Positions 20,475-32,900 of a stretch of 37,231 bases of DNA are shown piece by piece. Made by a program: the position numbers and the translations under genes. Each line of letters starts with the position of its first letter. Position 1 is the stretch's first letter. The notes under the pieces are model-generated. The model was not told the DNA's origin, did no database searches, and saw only the letters and a program-made list of their open reading frames with translations. The DNA comes from Catajapyx aquilonaris (taxonomy: Eukaryota), in assembly GCA_000934665.2 (NCBI GenBank), contig KZ538994.1:1-37231 (forward strand). The letters are read 5' to 3'.

Positions 20475-20932
20475 TGAGACACCAACTGGAAAAGTCTAAA
20501 TTCTGTAAATGCAGGTTAGTATTGAGCGTGGAGCATTTTCGAAAAAGTAGCCTACTCAAGCACATGAAACACAGTTATATTCTCTCCTGATACGTCACCT
20601 TGTAATGTCATGCTGTCCTTTCCTTCTGTCACTGAATAAGTTTTAATGGAAAGGCCTGCAGTCCAACTTTTGTTAAGTTATTACGCTACTGTTGCGCTGT
20701 GCCAGGGTTGGAAAAACACCGGGTTAAAAAAATCAACCCACACGGGTTTTATTGGGTTTTTTTGGGTTTTTTGGGGTTTTAGGTGTTTTTCTGGCAATTT
20801 AATGTATCGTTTCATCACTGCGTAATGTCCACTTCAAATCTTGAATGCTATTAAATGATGCGCCACTCGGGAGAACCAATTACTGCAAGATGCGAGGGAA
20901 TTCCTCACAGACGCAGTTCGAATTTTCAAATT

Positions 20933-22533
20933 GAAGCAGCGAGAACGAGAAGTTGCTAAGTTCATTTTTGACGATTTTGAGATAAGGGCAAATTCTAGGG
21001 CTCTATCAGGCATATTTTCATAGAAAAATGTTTTATCCGAGCCAGATAAGTACAAGTCCCTTTTTCAGACCGGGATACTCATAGCACTGCCGAAGAGAAA
21101 TTTCGTGCCAGATGTTGATAAGTCCAAAAAAGGCCTTCATAAGAAATGTGTTCAGAATTATTGTCATCACATTAAGGCCTAATAAAGGGACTAAAATTAA
21201 TTTAGGAGATATTATTTCCCTGCATTTCCTCATTTTAGTGGTTAAAAAATTAAAATTAAAATTTCTACAAGCCAGAAGTTGCTAAGTCCAAGACGGATTT
21301 TTTTTTACTCCTGAAGTGTAGTGCACTAGATACTCCATATTTACAATACATTAACTTACAATAGTAGTGATACCACAGAAAAATTACCGAGACTCTAATG
21401 TCAACGAAAGGTACGTAAAACATTACGGTATTTGAAACTTTCAAACTGCTCTCCTGAAAAATGGCAAAAATGGACTTAAGGTGGAAATGAAGCTAGAGTC
21501 ACTCAATGAGAATTTTATGAAAAAAACATATGTTACGCAGTTTTGTGTCCTCTTATCAATGGCGCAAAGAAAAATACACGTCACCGTGCAAATTAGCGAA
21601 CTGGAGGGCTCAGAAGTTCGCGATTTAACATAGGCCCTTATGGCAGAATTTTCAATAGTCCACAAAAAAATTATAAGTAAATGAGAATTTTAAAATTAAA
21701 TGTGGAATATGTCGGGAATTATATACTGATCGCAACCGCAAAAAGAAAACCCTACCTCACCGTGCTCTTTCAATTTGTATTGCGGAAAAACGATCAGAAA
21801 ATGATCCAGTGACGTCACCTTGCTCCACTCGAGTGAGGCAGTGGCAACACTGCGTTGTTTACGGTAGCGAGATACGGTTGCATACGACCGCGAAATATGA
21901 GTGCAAGTTAGTATGATGGTTTTTACAACGGCTCACACAGGATTTTCGTTTGGCGGGGGTGTTTGTCAGACGTCAGAACCGTTATATTGGTTCATATAGT
22001 TATAATTATAATAGAATAATCGAATGATTCGAATCCACACGGCAATGCCGTCACATACTGCTACGCGATAATTGGCCCGGACCTTTGCTGTGTTGCCGAT
22101 TCTACCTGTCACACGCGTACCAACTGAACGTGTTCCAAATCCGACACAAATGAAGAGCTACAGGCTCCCCTTTCGGAACTAAACTTTTAAAAATGCCTCG
22201 ACAAATTGGGACCTCGTACTGACGACCGAATAAAATCTATTTCCATCAAAAATAACAAATATTAAGCACACCTCCAAATACCATGTTTAAGTTGGCATCC
22301 GTGACAATTGCGCCAGCGCACAAAAACTTGCCGCCGGTAATGGGCCCATATTTAATCGAGTTTAAAACGCAGATTCGAATGAAATGCATAGGATTGAACA
22401 GCATTTACTGCTGCATCGGTTGCGTATGTTTCCCTGATTTTAGCCCTTCTTGTTAACATTCCAATTCTAGACTCTCATTTGATTAGCAAGTCGCTTCATT
22501 TCCACCTTAACAACTTCTGGTTCTCGCTGCTTC
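20933..22533. mobile_element. Sola1-like MITE nested in the hAT
   Basis: TIR of about 36 bp GAAGCAGCGAGAAC(G/C)AGAAGTTG(C/T)TAAGT(T/C)CATTTTTG, flanked by AATT (20929-20932, 22534-22537). The right TIR is split by the Kolobok-like copy. Confidence 0.72.
21480..22506 (-). mobile_element. Kolobok-like element family B, copy 2
   Basis: Reverse complement of 8273-9302, with TTAA TSD at 21476-21479 and 22507-22510. Confidence 0.85.
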
Positions 22534-24499
22534 AATTGGATCTTGGATGGGAGACTGCCAGACTGGGAGAGGGGGAGTTGACGAGTTGGAGTTGTGTTGT
22601 GGACGGTGTCAGTGTGTCGAATACTAACTTTTAAAAAAATTCAACATTATAGGATGAAAAACTGAAAAAGCCAAAGTGTATCTTTACTTGTTAGTGGGTT
22701 TTATGTAAGGTGGGCTTTTAGTGGGGTATTTTTTGGGTCGGGCCCACCTGTAACAACCCTGCGCTGTGCTCAGTCTTCAGGGTCAATAATACCTCCTCAT
22801 CAACTTCCTCGTCTGAAATCAGTGAAATCTATAAACATGGATGCATGCCACGATTGATCAGGGGTATCACACCAATATGCCAAGTTACGGAGAGTTTGGT
22901 ATGATTTTTGACACTACGAAGTACCGTATTTCTTACTTCCAAAGATGGTGTACACAAGTGCTGGTGTGAAAGTAAAAATAGGTTCCACCCAGGTCCACCT
23001 ATACATAGAGGATTTTATATGGGACCCCTTTCGTAAAAATCGAAATGTCTCAAGGTGGGATACTTCAAATAGGATAGCAGATTAATTTCATCTGTGCATG
23101 CGCGCAATGATGAACTGTCCTCAGATGTACTATTCCTCCCCATGTAAACCTAAAATGGCCAAAAATGGAGAACATAAAGGTTGATACACCTACTTACAGT
23201 ATCCATTTCTAGAGTCACGTACCTTCAAATTTCAGAACATATCCCTCAAAACCCCATTCCAGAAGCATGTCTTCCACGACTTAATCCGCCATGGGGCAGG
23301 AGTCATTTGAGGCGTCGAACAGACCGGCAGCGGCACCCGCACGACGAGCTCAGTCCATCGAACAAAAAGAGCGAACGAAACCGAAGGGGATGTGAGACAT
23401 GTGATGCAAGAGTCAATGGCGAGGCGGTCGCCTCATTGTTCCGAAAGTAGCGGTTCATATCACTATTAGATTAACCGTTCTTTTAAAATACTGTTACCCT
23501 TCCGACGCAACGGTCAGAAATCAGAATACTACATATCGAATGTAGAGGGATGGTTACGTGTAAATAGCAGTTATGACTGTGCCACAAGCACTTAATCGTG
23601 CACTTAACCAAACATGTAGGCTTACAGCACTGCACTTTACACGCCATTCCTCTCTCCCTCTCTCTCTCCCCCATATAGTGACGTAGACGCGCAGTTCCAA
23701 CTTTTTGCTACTGCAAGAGTCTACTTGAGTGTAGTTTGGTTGCAGTCCAGTGCAATTAGCCGATATTTTGGCCTTACCTGGAACAAATTAATAACAAAGC
23801 GCCCTTTTGGGGATATGTTCAGGACATGTCCTTGAACCTGTGGACAAAGTTCCCCAAGTTTCCGGTGACGGGTTTGGCCGCCATCTTGGAAAATGTAGGC
23901 GCCATTTTGGGTACCCTTTACACCAGTGTAGCGGACGAACCAGTGAAGCTAGAGCGATGAATCCTTTTGAAGGATGTTCCTCATGAGACACCGCCTCGAT
24001 TTGATGCCTTAACATTTTCTCGTATGTGCCGTTTTTATAGCGAAAACAGCCAATTGAAGTGTTATGCGGGGTTTTTTCAAAGCATTAAATGGCGTTTTAC
24101 TCAACATTCGGGCATTTTATGCGGAAAAGCTTCAAATGAAAATTGTCTATCCGGACATTCTAAATAGAAATGATCTAGTTGATATATCTCGTACGATGCA
24201 TATTCTCGGTGCTATGGAGGCTTGAACCCGAGGTTGCGCGCGAGGACGGCCGGGGTAAGGGGCGCGCGCGCTCGCAGCTCTTCCTGCCAGGGCCTCTCCT
24301 GGGCACTTCTTGCCACACTGTTTCGCCTAGGATTGTGGGGAAGACACCCCTGCTGGGACTGAACAGAAGCTTCGTTCATAACGAAAATCCATGTCGGACA
24401 ATATTCATACAACAATAGTAGTGGAGAATATGCAATAGCATGTGCCAGCAGAGCGCTGCGGCGATTACCAGCGCCCCCTCGTCAGCGTTCCCTATACTT

Positions 24500-25110
24500 C
24501 CACGATGTTGGGTATCTCAACTATTCAACGTCTGCGCAAATATATTTACCTGCATCAAATGAGGAACGTGGACGCTGCCATGCTCGCAGAGGAATTCAAC
24601 AAGTTTGTGCGTCTTGGGTTTACTGCGAGACGATCAGACAAGTTCTAGTTCGCCATAGGGAGAGACATGACAACCAAGCAATTCCTGATGTGCTCCTTGT
24701 AGAGTCAAAGGGAGGGCTTATTACCCCTGGACGAGGCATTACCATTTCAATCATTTCTCGTCGGTACACTCCATGCCAGAGACCTCAAAAGTAGTAATCG
24801 ATCTATGCCATCGAGGATTTCAGCCGAGTTTACTTGCACGTCTGTCCAACATGTCGAACTAAGGAAGTCACGTCAGAGTCGCGATACGTGGGATCTCACA
24901 CACAGGACCTTTCTGGACTGGCTCCGTGAGCATAACCCATTCGACCGCCAATCTACTGTCCTGCAGTCTCTCTCTCAAATGACGTGAATGGTGCAGCAGA
25001 TAACGATGTAGGAGCGGTGTCAATGAAGAGGTAGGAGCAATGAAGAAATTGGAGGGAAAGTTATTCAGCAAAGTGAATCTTAATCGGAAGAATAACGTGA
25101 GGTCATTCGC
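24500..25110 (+). pseudogene. Academ-like transposase fragment (central region)
   Basis: YLHQM...GFTARRSDKF*...DMTTKQFLM...GRGIT...TSVQHVELRKSRQSRD...WLREHNPF...LNRKNNVRS, with stops and frameshifts. It matches recalled Academ motifs. Confidence 0.75.
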
Positions 25111-25259
25111 AAACAAAGGGGGTAACAACTCCCCCAAAAAGTGTACACCAGATCCAGGAACAGGGTGGTTCCACCCGGTTCCAGGCCGGTTCCAAGCTGG
25201 TTCCAGTGGGACCCAGTACATCACGAAGTTGTTACCCCTTGGCTGCGAGATGGATAGCA

Positions 25260-25990
25260 TGTGGTCGTTCACCACGATATCAGCTGACAATGTCTTGGTT
25301 TTCCCGCAGTAAATGTTCCTCGTCTTTGGTACTGGTACTAATATCTCCAAACTCGTCGAACACCACATAGGTTGCTCCATAATGCCCCTTTACATAGGAT
25401 ATGTGATGTTGGCATTTCTACATAGATCGCCATACGAAGCCACACGACACTGTGTACAAGCTGTCCGTCGTCGACTACCTATAGCCTACATGGCAAGTGG
25501 CATCAGGGGAAGGGTAGTTGACAGGTGGTGCTTGTAGATCCTCCAGAATTGGAGCAAGGAACGCCTTTTTACCCTTTCGCATCGAATAGTCATCAACTAC
25601 GTAGACAGGGAGGTTCTGGAGTCAACCTTGCTCGCAGCCAAACTTTCTTGCCAATCCGAGCAACAAGACGATGTTCATCGAGGTTCTCACTGCGTACCTG
25701 CAGAATACAGGGTGTGTGACGTGCCCCAGGCCAATGCGGATGCTGACGCACGCTGATAGTACCACAGATGTAGAAATCGCAGCTGCTGGAAGTTCTGCTA
25801 TCATCGTAGAGGAGACGACACTGACCTGCTTGTTCCCATGAGCTGCCTCTCTCAAGACGTCGACGTCGACATGTCCGGAAATACGTCCCTGTCTCCGAAA
25901 GTATAGTGTTCAGCAGCAAAGATTTGCAGCGTACGTAGCATGGGGGGCATGGAGAAATATAAATATTATGTTGTTGCTGCATGTCGTTAA
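25260..25990 (-). pseudogene. Academ-like transposase fragments on the opposite strand
   Basis: LTPEPP...MRKGKKAFL...VVDDGQLVHSVVW...VVFDEFGDISTSTKDEEHLLR, resembling the VIDGG-LLH, VVFDGY and STKD-EH motifs. An IGLG..H-like N-terminal piece lies upstream. Confidence 0.7.
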
Positions 25991-27688
25991 CTGGTGTGAC
26001 GCAATGTCGGCTCCATGCAAAAAGGAAAGAAAATGCTATTCAAAAAGTTGCGAGACGGTGAAACGCTGCGTACGTCGATTTACTGCTTCATCACACCAAC
26101 ATAGAGCAGAAGAGGTGGCTAAGGTGAAAAGATCCTGCTTGCTTTGTGGGGAGGAAAACAATAAAGGAAAGACTTTGGAAAGGAGGCTCTTCCTTCAGTA
26201 TAGGCTACATGAAAGCGGTCGCTAAGTTGCAGCCAGCGAATAACATATTCGAGAGACATATGGGGTTAGTAGGGGGGGGGGGGGGGGTTATATGGACGAT
26301 TCAGTGTTATATAATTATGAGGGGGGTGATTTGTGATGTATGAGAACTGACACGAATGTGACTGAGCGGCAAAACGCCACAGAGTATACATGTGTGAGCA
26401 AATAACCTCCTGCACTGCCGGGAATACACAAGAGCCGCTATTCGTATAGAGTTACATCCCGACCTATACAGCTACTTTGCTTATAGTTCCAGTAGGTGCA
26501 AGTATTGTGATGCAACATTTAGATGAATTTGAGAACCAGCTCTCACATGGAATGAACCTTTAAGTGATCCGGATAAAACTTCAGGGGATTAGGAGGGAGA
26601 GTATAGAACATATTTACTATTTTACGCAAGGAACATTTGCATAATATTGTCAGATATAGATTCTGGTTATAAACGAAGGTTCTGTTCAGTCCAATGGGTC
26701 TTCCTCACAATCCTAGGCGAAACAGTGTGGCAAGAAGTGCCCAGGAGAGGCCCTGGCAGGAAGAGCTGCGAGCGCGCGCGCCCCTTACCCCGGCCGTCCT
26801 CGCGCGCAACCTCGGGTTCAAGCCTCCATAGCACCGAGAATATGCATCGTACGAGATATATCAACTAGATCATTTCTATTTAGAATGTCCGGATTGACAT
26901 TTTTCATTTGAAGCTTTTCCGCATAAAATGCCCGAATGTTGAGTAAAATGCCATTTAATGCTTTGAAAAAACCCCGCGTAACACTTCAATTGGCTGTTTT
27001 CGCTTATAAAAACGGCACATACGAGAAAATGTTAAGGCATCAAATCGAGGCGGTGTCTCATGAGGAACATCCTTCAAAAGGATTCATCGCTCTAGCTTCA
27101 CTGGTTCGTCCGCTACACTGGTGTAAGGGGTACCCAAAATGGCGCCTACATTTTCCAAGATGGCGGCCAAACCCGTCACCGGAAACTTGGGGAACTTTGT
27201 CCACAGGTTCAAGGACATGTCCTGAACATATCCCCAAAAGGGCGCTTTGTTATTAATTTGTTCCATGTAAAAACCTAATTGCACTGGACTAAGGATCGCA
27301 CCCAAGATCGCACCAGTAAATATTTAGTTGGCACAAATAAATGTGTAGCCTACCTACTAAAATACCGGTAATTTAGCTTCCGCAACTAAACCTTTTTTTC
27401 CATGTACTGTATTTGTACAGTACGGTACATGTGCGGAATGTAGCCTACACGCTTTTTGAAGCCCCCGAGGTGTTCTAATATTGTAGTTAATATGCATAAG
27501 TATTTCAGATTCTCTTTGACGGTTATGAAAAACTGATTTGCAAAACCTAGAAGGTTAAGTTCAATAATTAGGACACGCGTTCAGAAGTTCACACGAATGC
27601 GAAAGAAATTATTACAACCTGATGGGAAGCTAATTCTGGTAAAATTCGCAGAATAATATACTGCACTAAAGGCCTAAACTTTTGTAAA

Positions 27689-27694
27689 TTTATT
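27689..27694 (-). promoter_or_regulatory. Putative polyadenylation signal of the LRR gene
   Basis: AATAAA on the minus strand about 60 nt after the stop codon. Confidence 0.5.
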
Positions 27695-27754
27695 GTAAAA
27701 CATAATTTCTCCTTATTGCCATTCTGACATTGCCAATGTGAAGGACCTCTTCAT

Positions 27755-29247
27755 TTACATATCTTCATCCCAGTCTTCCTCGAATAGGTGCAGCAGGATT
27801 TCCAACTTTCCATATCTTCCAGAATACTCCTGGAATTTCTGGGCGATCAAAGCCTGGTCCTCCCCCAGTTCCATAAACTCTATGTGTAGCAGCTCCAACT
27901 CGTCTCCAATGTATTCGGTGACAATTGGCAGAACACCTAGCGTGAACCCCGGGCTGGTGAGGATCATCTCTTTCAGACCTGTCATCTCATTGTTTTTTAG
28001 CACCTCGTGGAACGTAGCGTCGTTTAGACAGTACCCTAAATCGAGGGTGAGTGTCCTAAGATCGAAACAGGAGGACATCAAGTACTTTAGATGGACACTC
28101 TCGAAATTCTCCTCATAGTCGCAAATGTCTAAGTGTTGCAAATATCTGTACGGCATATCCGTCATCTGGGGATTTGGGTATGACACTGTAAAGGTGCACT
28201 CGATTACTTCCAATCTGGTCAGGTATGGAAACACCTTCCAGACGTTCTCCAAATCCACGTCTAAGCACTTGTCCAGAGTCAAGACACTGACGGTAGGAAG
28301 GCGGAAGAATAGTGGATTGAGAGTCACATCTGTGTCTATGACGTCCTCCAGGTACACCTCAGTGAGGCCATACAGTGTAGAACCCAGACTAGCTATTTGC
28401 TCGGGAGTGGCGCCTTTCGATATAAAGGTCTTAAGGTGGGACAGCTGGTTCAGTTGGGTCAGGAGAATACCAGGCATCTCGACGCTGAGGTACTCCAGCA
28501 TTGGGAAGTGTTCCACAAGGCGGTCCATCAGCTGGGAGTTGGTGAGACATGCGTCAATCTTCTTCACAGTGTACCGTCGATTGCAGAGTAGAAGCACGTC
28601 GTCAAGTAGCTCGTCCGCGAAGCATATCTCCTGTAGCTGCGGAACTGTGTTCAGGAGGTGGACGATGTCTGTGCTCATCAGGTCTCTGCAAGTGACGTTA
28701 ACGTTAGAAAGGTGTGGCAACGATGCGAGAAGTCCGGCTTGGTTCTGCGACAAACTCCAAATAAAATGTATCTCCTGGAGATGAGGGCAGAATTGATGAA
28801 GCACTGAGAAGAGATTGTGGTCGTCGGTGATCACAAACGAAGGAATACACAGTCTCCGCAGATTCTTGTGAAACTGTAAACTCTTCACCAGCTTCTTCGT
28901 CAGGTTGCTTTGTGCGCAGATGCTGATGTCGACGCACTGCAGCTCCTTCATGGTCTGCAGGTTGTTGATAACTTGTTGCACGACATCTTCAGTTTCATAG
29001 GACTTAGCGGCTAACGTGAGGGTGCGGCACAGGGGATGAAACCCTGCACGGAGGGTGAGTGTTCCCCAATCAAGGTCTTCTTTTTCCGATGCTTCCTTGA
29101 GCAGAGTAACTGTGTACTGGTTCGCGAAATGAGGCGCGATCATCGCGACGTACTTCTGGATCTCCAGGTACATAATACATGCCTCCTTCATTTCGCCGTC
29201 GGACTGCAGTATCGAGAGAAGTTCTGGTGGCGTAGGTAGGCAAAGTC
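27755..29247 (-). CDS. Leucine-rich-repeat (RNI/F-box-LRR-like) protein, large terminal coding exon
   Basis: 1.5-kb open frame with repeated LxxLxL units (LRRLCI, CPHLQEIHF, FPMLEYLSV, FPYLTRLEV, LQHLDI, LRTLTL) and an acidic C-terminus. Acceptor TTGCTTGCAG| at 29248, phase 1. Confidence 0.88.
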
Positions 29248-29764
29248 CTGCAAGCAAATATAATTATTACACTGCCCAATACATTCTTAAGATTTTTGCA
29301 TTCAGCAACAAAGAGAACCATCGAACATTTCCTTCCGCTTTTAAAATAAGTGGGAGGATAAACTCTGAAAATTATTTCTACGCATTTACGTGCAGCATGG
29401 GTGGATGAAATATTATTTTATATTTTCAGTGAATGGCTGGAACCACTACAGTCACTTGTCACATGTAAAAAAGTGGAGATTTTTTCACCTATGCACTGGA
29501 CATGCGCAAATGGAAGTAAATGGCATAGTATTTTCCAGTTACACGATTCATATTGTTTTCTTGTGAGTAGAAGGTAAATCGTTTTTGTAGTACAGTATAA
29601 AAGTATTGCTGTCGCTGCTCCTGTTGCCTTGGAACTATTATATAATTATGCCGTTTTCACTTAAACTACAGTCTGCATTTTCCATTTGACATTTTAAACA
29701 TTATCACTTATTTGACTGAGAGGGTAGCTTTACATCTCCTTGTAAGTTGAATTATTATGATTAC

Positions 29765-29990
29765 CCCAGCTGCCTTCTGCTTCCGCCACTACCAGATTCT
29801 GTACGACGTGATTTTTGTTCAATGCTACCTCCGTGGACACCTCAGATGTGCTGCACCCTGGTGTTTTGTCCAGGCGCTTACTGATGTCTGTGATAAGTTG
29901 GCTGAGAAGCACGCAGCGATCCAATACTTTGCCAGCTATGTTTCTGATACACATGTCCTCCAGGGAGATCGGTTGGTACCGTCTAGGCAT
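29765..29990 (-). CDS. First coding exon of the LRR gene, carrying an Elongin BC-box
   Basis: MPRRYQPISLEDMCIRNIA fits the BC-box consensus (S/T/P)LxxxCxxx(I/V/L). Two phase-1 donors match the downstream acceptor: G|GTAATC after 29765 (572 aa) or A|GTAAGC after 29882 (533 aa). Confidence 0.75.
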
Positions 29991-32900
29991 GTTCTAAGAG
30001 ACAAAGCATTATTTTTTCTAATAGTTGTGAAGAGAACTGTATAATAAACACGAGATGTTCTTACCGTACCAATATATTGATTTTAGAGTTGGACTTCTAG
30101 GGTAAATATCCCCCAAAGGCGATGACGAAGTGCACGTCCTCACTCGGGGGAGTTTCAATTTCAAAAACAACTACAATCAAACTTGTGTGTCGTGAAGCAA
30201 CAAGCAACAATCAAGTATAATACTGTAAACATCCTGTACCCGTAGTCAGCCACTACATGTGATTATGGAAAATATAAACTACAAGGTGATCACAGTGCCC
30301 GTGCTGGGCATTCTCATCACTCCTTCTTTGTTTGTCAATATGTTGCTCCAGCTTTTTGAGAAGGCACTGACAATATTGCTATTTATTGTTTAGAATTTCT
30401 TACTAAAAATCAATAACAACAGTGAATCTATTGATCTTGGACATTCAGTATGCATAACTAATAACGTGTGGAAGTCCTCTCCACCGAAAGGTAAATTTCA
30501 CCCATGCTGTTAATACGTACTGTACATAATATACGTACTATCTATCTATCTACTATCGATCTCGCCCCCCCCCCCAGTCTCAATTAATCAATTCGCCTAA
30601 TATTAGCAGATAATAATGTTAAAAAGCACTGAAAGTAACTATGGAAAGAATAACTGCTTAATTATTTTATTTTTATTTTTATTTTTATTTTACTACAGTA
30701 TATGTAACCTGAGTATCGAATGCCTGAAATTCGACGAATCAAACTGACCCTCCGACATTCGGACATCCGCCCATATTTTTGCTACTGCACAATCCCAACA
30801 ATAACTCAAACGAATAGAAAAATTAAAAAGATACCCCCTATTCTATTGTTTTACAACTTTACAAGAGATACGCAGACACTCCTGGCTCTCTAAAGCTCCA
30901 CCACGTAGTCTCCAGGATATGAGTTCCCTGGGAAATCGACTGGATGTAGGCCGCGTTGTCATAAATCCTACATTGACCGTTTATTAAAGGCAAAGAGGGA
31001 CTTGATTGCAAGAATGAATAGCGAATTTTTAAAATCTCGCAATCTTGCCTCTTGGACCTCCCTCCGCACCATTTTCGACCTTTGCCCACTAATTTGCACA
31101 CCTCCTCAACCCCGCCGTTCCCAGCTACTAATCCTCTCTTCCTTATTGTACTTAATTAAGTTACCAATAATAAATGAGGCGCATACATAAATGAATAGGC
31201 CTACATGTAGCTCCTGGGTTAATTAGCCGGGACTTGTTCTCTCCGCTTTAAACTTCATATTGGAGGCTTGTATAAGTTATCATAACGGTATTTTGGTTCC
31301 ATTGTAGGAGAGTAACAGGCCTGGCGAGTAGGACACAATACGCTACTTGATTAGTTATGAGAGAAGCGATCATCCAGGATGAACCCTTGCAGTATATGGT
31401 CAGTCAGGGGCGGGGAGTGGGGAGGGGAGAAGGGGTGGACTTCAAAAGGACATTGTAGTGGTTGCGCAGCGCCCAAAAACACACCCGGATTGTTAGCTCG
31501 CTCACCGGATTCTCTGCAATGGCTTTACCTCGTTTGATTGGCTGGATATAGTAGTGAATGGTGCACCTGGTTTTGATCATCATCCAGATAGAGTTTCGAT
31601 CAGGGAAGTTCATCCTGGATGGGTTGCTGAAACATTTGAAATTGCGGGATTGGTTCTACTTACCAAAACTTAATTAAAAGCCAGCTAGCAGTCACTCCCT
31701 TCTCCTTGTACTGAGCAGACGTCCAGTACATTTGTTCTGTATTTGTGAACCACACCCTAAAATATATTCGGTTGATAACTACGAGACTCCAGTTATTTAT
31801 CCAATAACAGCACAGAGAGTTATTTCAGATGTAACCAATTGTTTCCTTCACGTTTCATGCGCATGCATATAAGCAGGCAATTAACCATGTTAGAAATCCA
31901 AAACCAGCAGCAGCGTTTCCTTCAAAGGCAGGGCTCTGGCTTTAGAAGGCATCTTCAGCCAGGTGTAGTGCAGGTTCCGGCTCAAAGTCAACTACGGAGA
32001 CACGACTCAGTCACGGTTTAGTCCGTCAGAAGGTATAATGAATCCAATGTCTGCATAATTATTATATTATTACAGTACCGGTATCTCTCACATGGCCACT
32101 TTAAGTGCATGGAAGTACGTATGTTTAAGGTTCTTGTGGGTGGCATCTGGCTCAAATATTGATATACTGAGATCCGTCCAATGTATGAATGTCCGGCTGA
32201 AGTGACTATTGGAGCAGTCAGTGACCTACTAATTCTGATATAACTGTACCTTTCGTTGTGTGGTGAGTTAGTTTAAAAAAAACAAATCCGTGTCGCTCGT
32301 GTTTAAAAAGAATGATGACAAGGTTGCGCAGGTTCCCAGTCAGCCGATTCTGCATGAGAGGAGGACTAGCTCTACTGTGGTCATTGATTTGAACTAGTGA
32401 TATGGATAATACCAAGCTCTTGATAATACCTTGTGATAATAAGGTGGTAGATGGATATTTCAAGAGCTATGTTCATCATCCCAGTTTTCCGCTGAGAAGT
32501 TACCTAATGATGAGGAAGGAGTCGATGGTGTGGTCCGCCTATTTTAATACTTATCGATCCATATTGAATAACGTCACTCCCGATTACTGTGGATCGTGTG
32601 CGGGGTATTTGGCACTATCTTTCCCCGTTGCACTGACACCTTCACAATTTTCGATGACTTGTTTAAAATGTGCCACTCCTCCTCACAGGGGGTACTGTAC
32701 GCCGTATTTGTCTGGTAGTGTACCGGCCTGAGTTAACAGCTAAATAGTACAATATTTATATAGTAATTCCACACTCTAACGACGCTGACGTAAATCATCA
32801 TTTGATGTGCACTTTCTGAACGAGTGAGATATGACAGGCCTACTGCAAAAGTGTACGGTTCAGGCTCTGATATCCTGATGAGGCATGCTGCAGATAAAAA

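Larger units (their letters stand above)
20703..22761. mobile_element. hAT-type non-autonomous element with nested insertions
   Basis: CAGGGTTG...CAACCCTG termini with 8-bp TSD CGCTGTGC (20695-20702, 22762-22769) and subterminal GGGTTTT repeats. Confidence 0.88.
19270..22990 (-). pseudogene. Decayed spliced gene with an N-terminal SAM-like domain, fragmented by nested transposons
   Basis: A GT-AG intron 22936-22813 joins ALVYTIFG to NEEVDEEVLLTLKTEH. After removing the hAT the frame hits stops, then LTKVGLQ. After removing foldback A copy 2, a 93-nt open exon (20502-20475 + 19707-19643) has a TACTAAC branch point, TTTACAG acceptor and GTATGT donor. Confidence 0.5.
23743..27291. mobile_element. 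Academ-like DNA transposon, non-autonomous, TIRs about 650 bp
   Basis: 23743 to about 24403 is the near-identical reverse complement of about 26645-27291, with termini (C/T)AGTCCAGTGCAATTAG. Academ-type transposase fragments lie inside. No TSD was found. Confidence 0.8.

Noticed and set aside
5234..22506. One giant inverted segmental duplication
   Set aside because: The order is A, B ... A', B' rather than mirror-symmetric, and A', B and B' each have their own TSD and unrelated flanks.
27738..28784. 126-aa and 219-aa plus-strand ORFs
   Set aside because: Antisense shadows of the LRR exon with Ser/Thr-rich nonsense composition.
31365..31628. Inverted CATCCAGGATGAAC pair as a MITE
   Set aside because: Only about 14 bp match well, and no termini or TSD could be defined.
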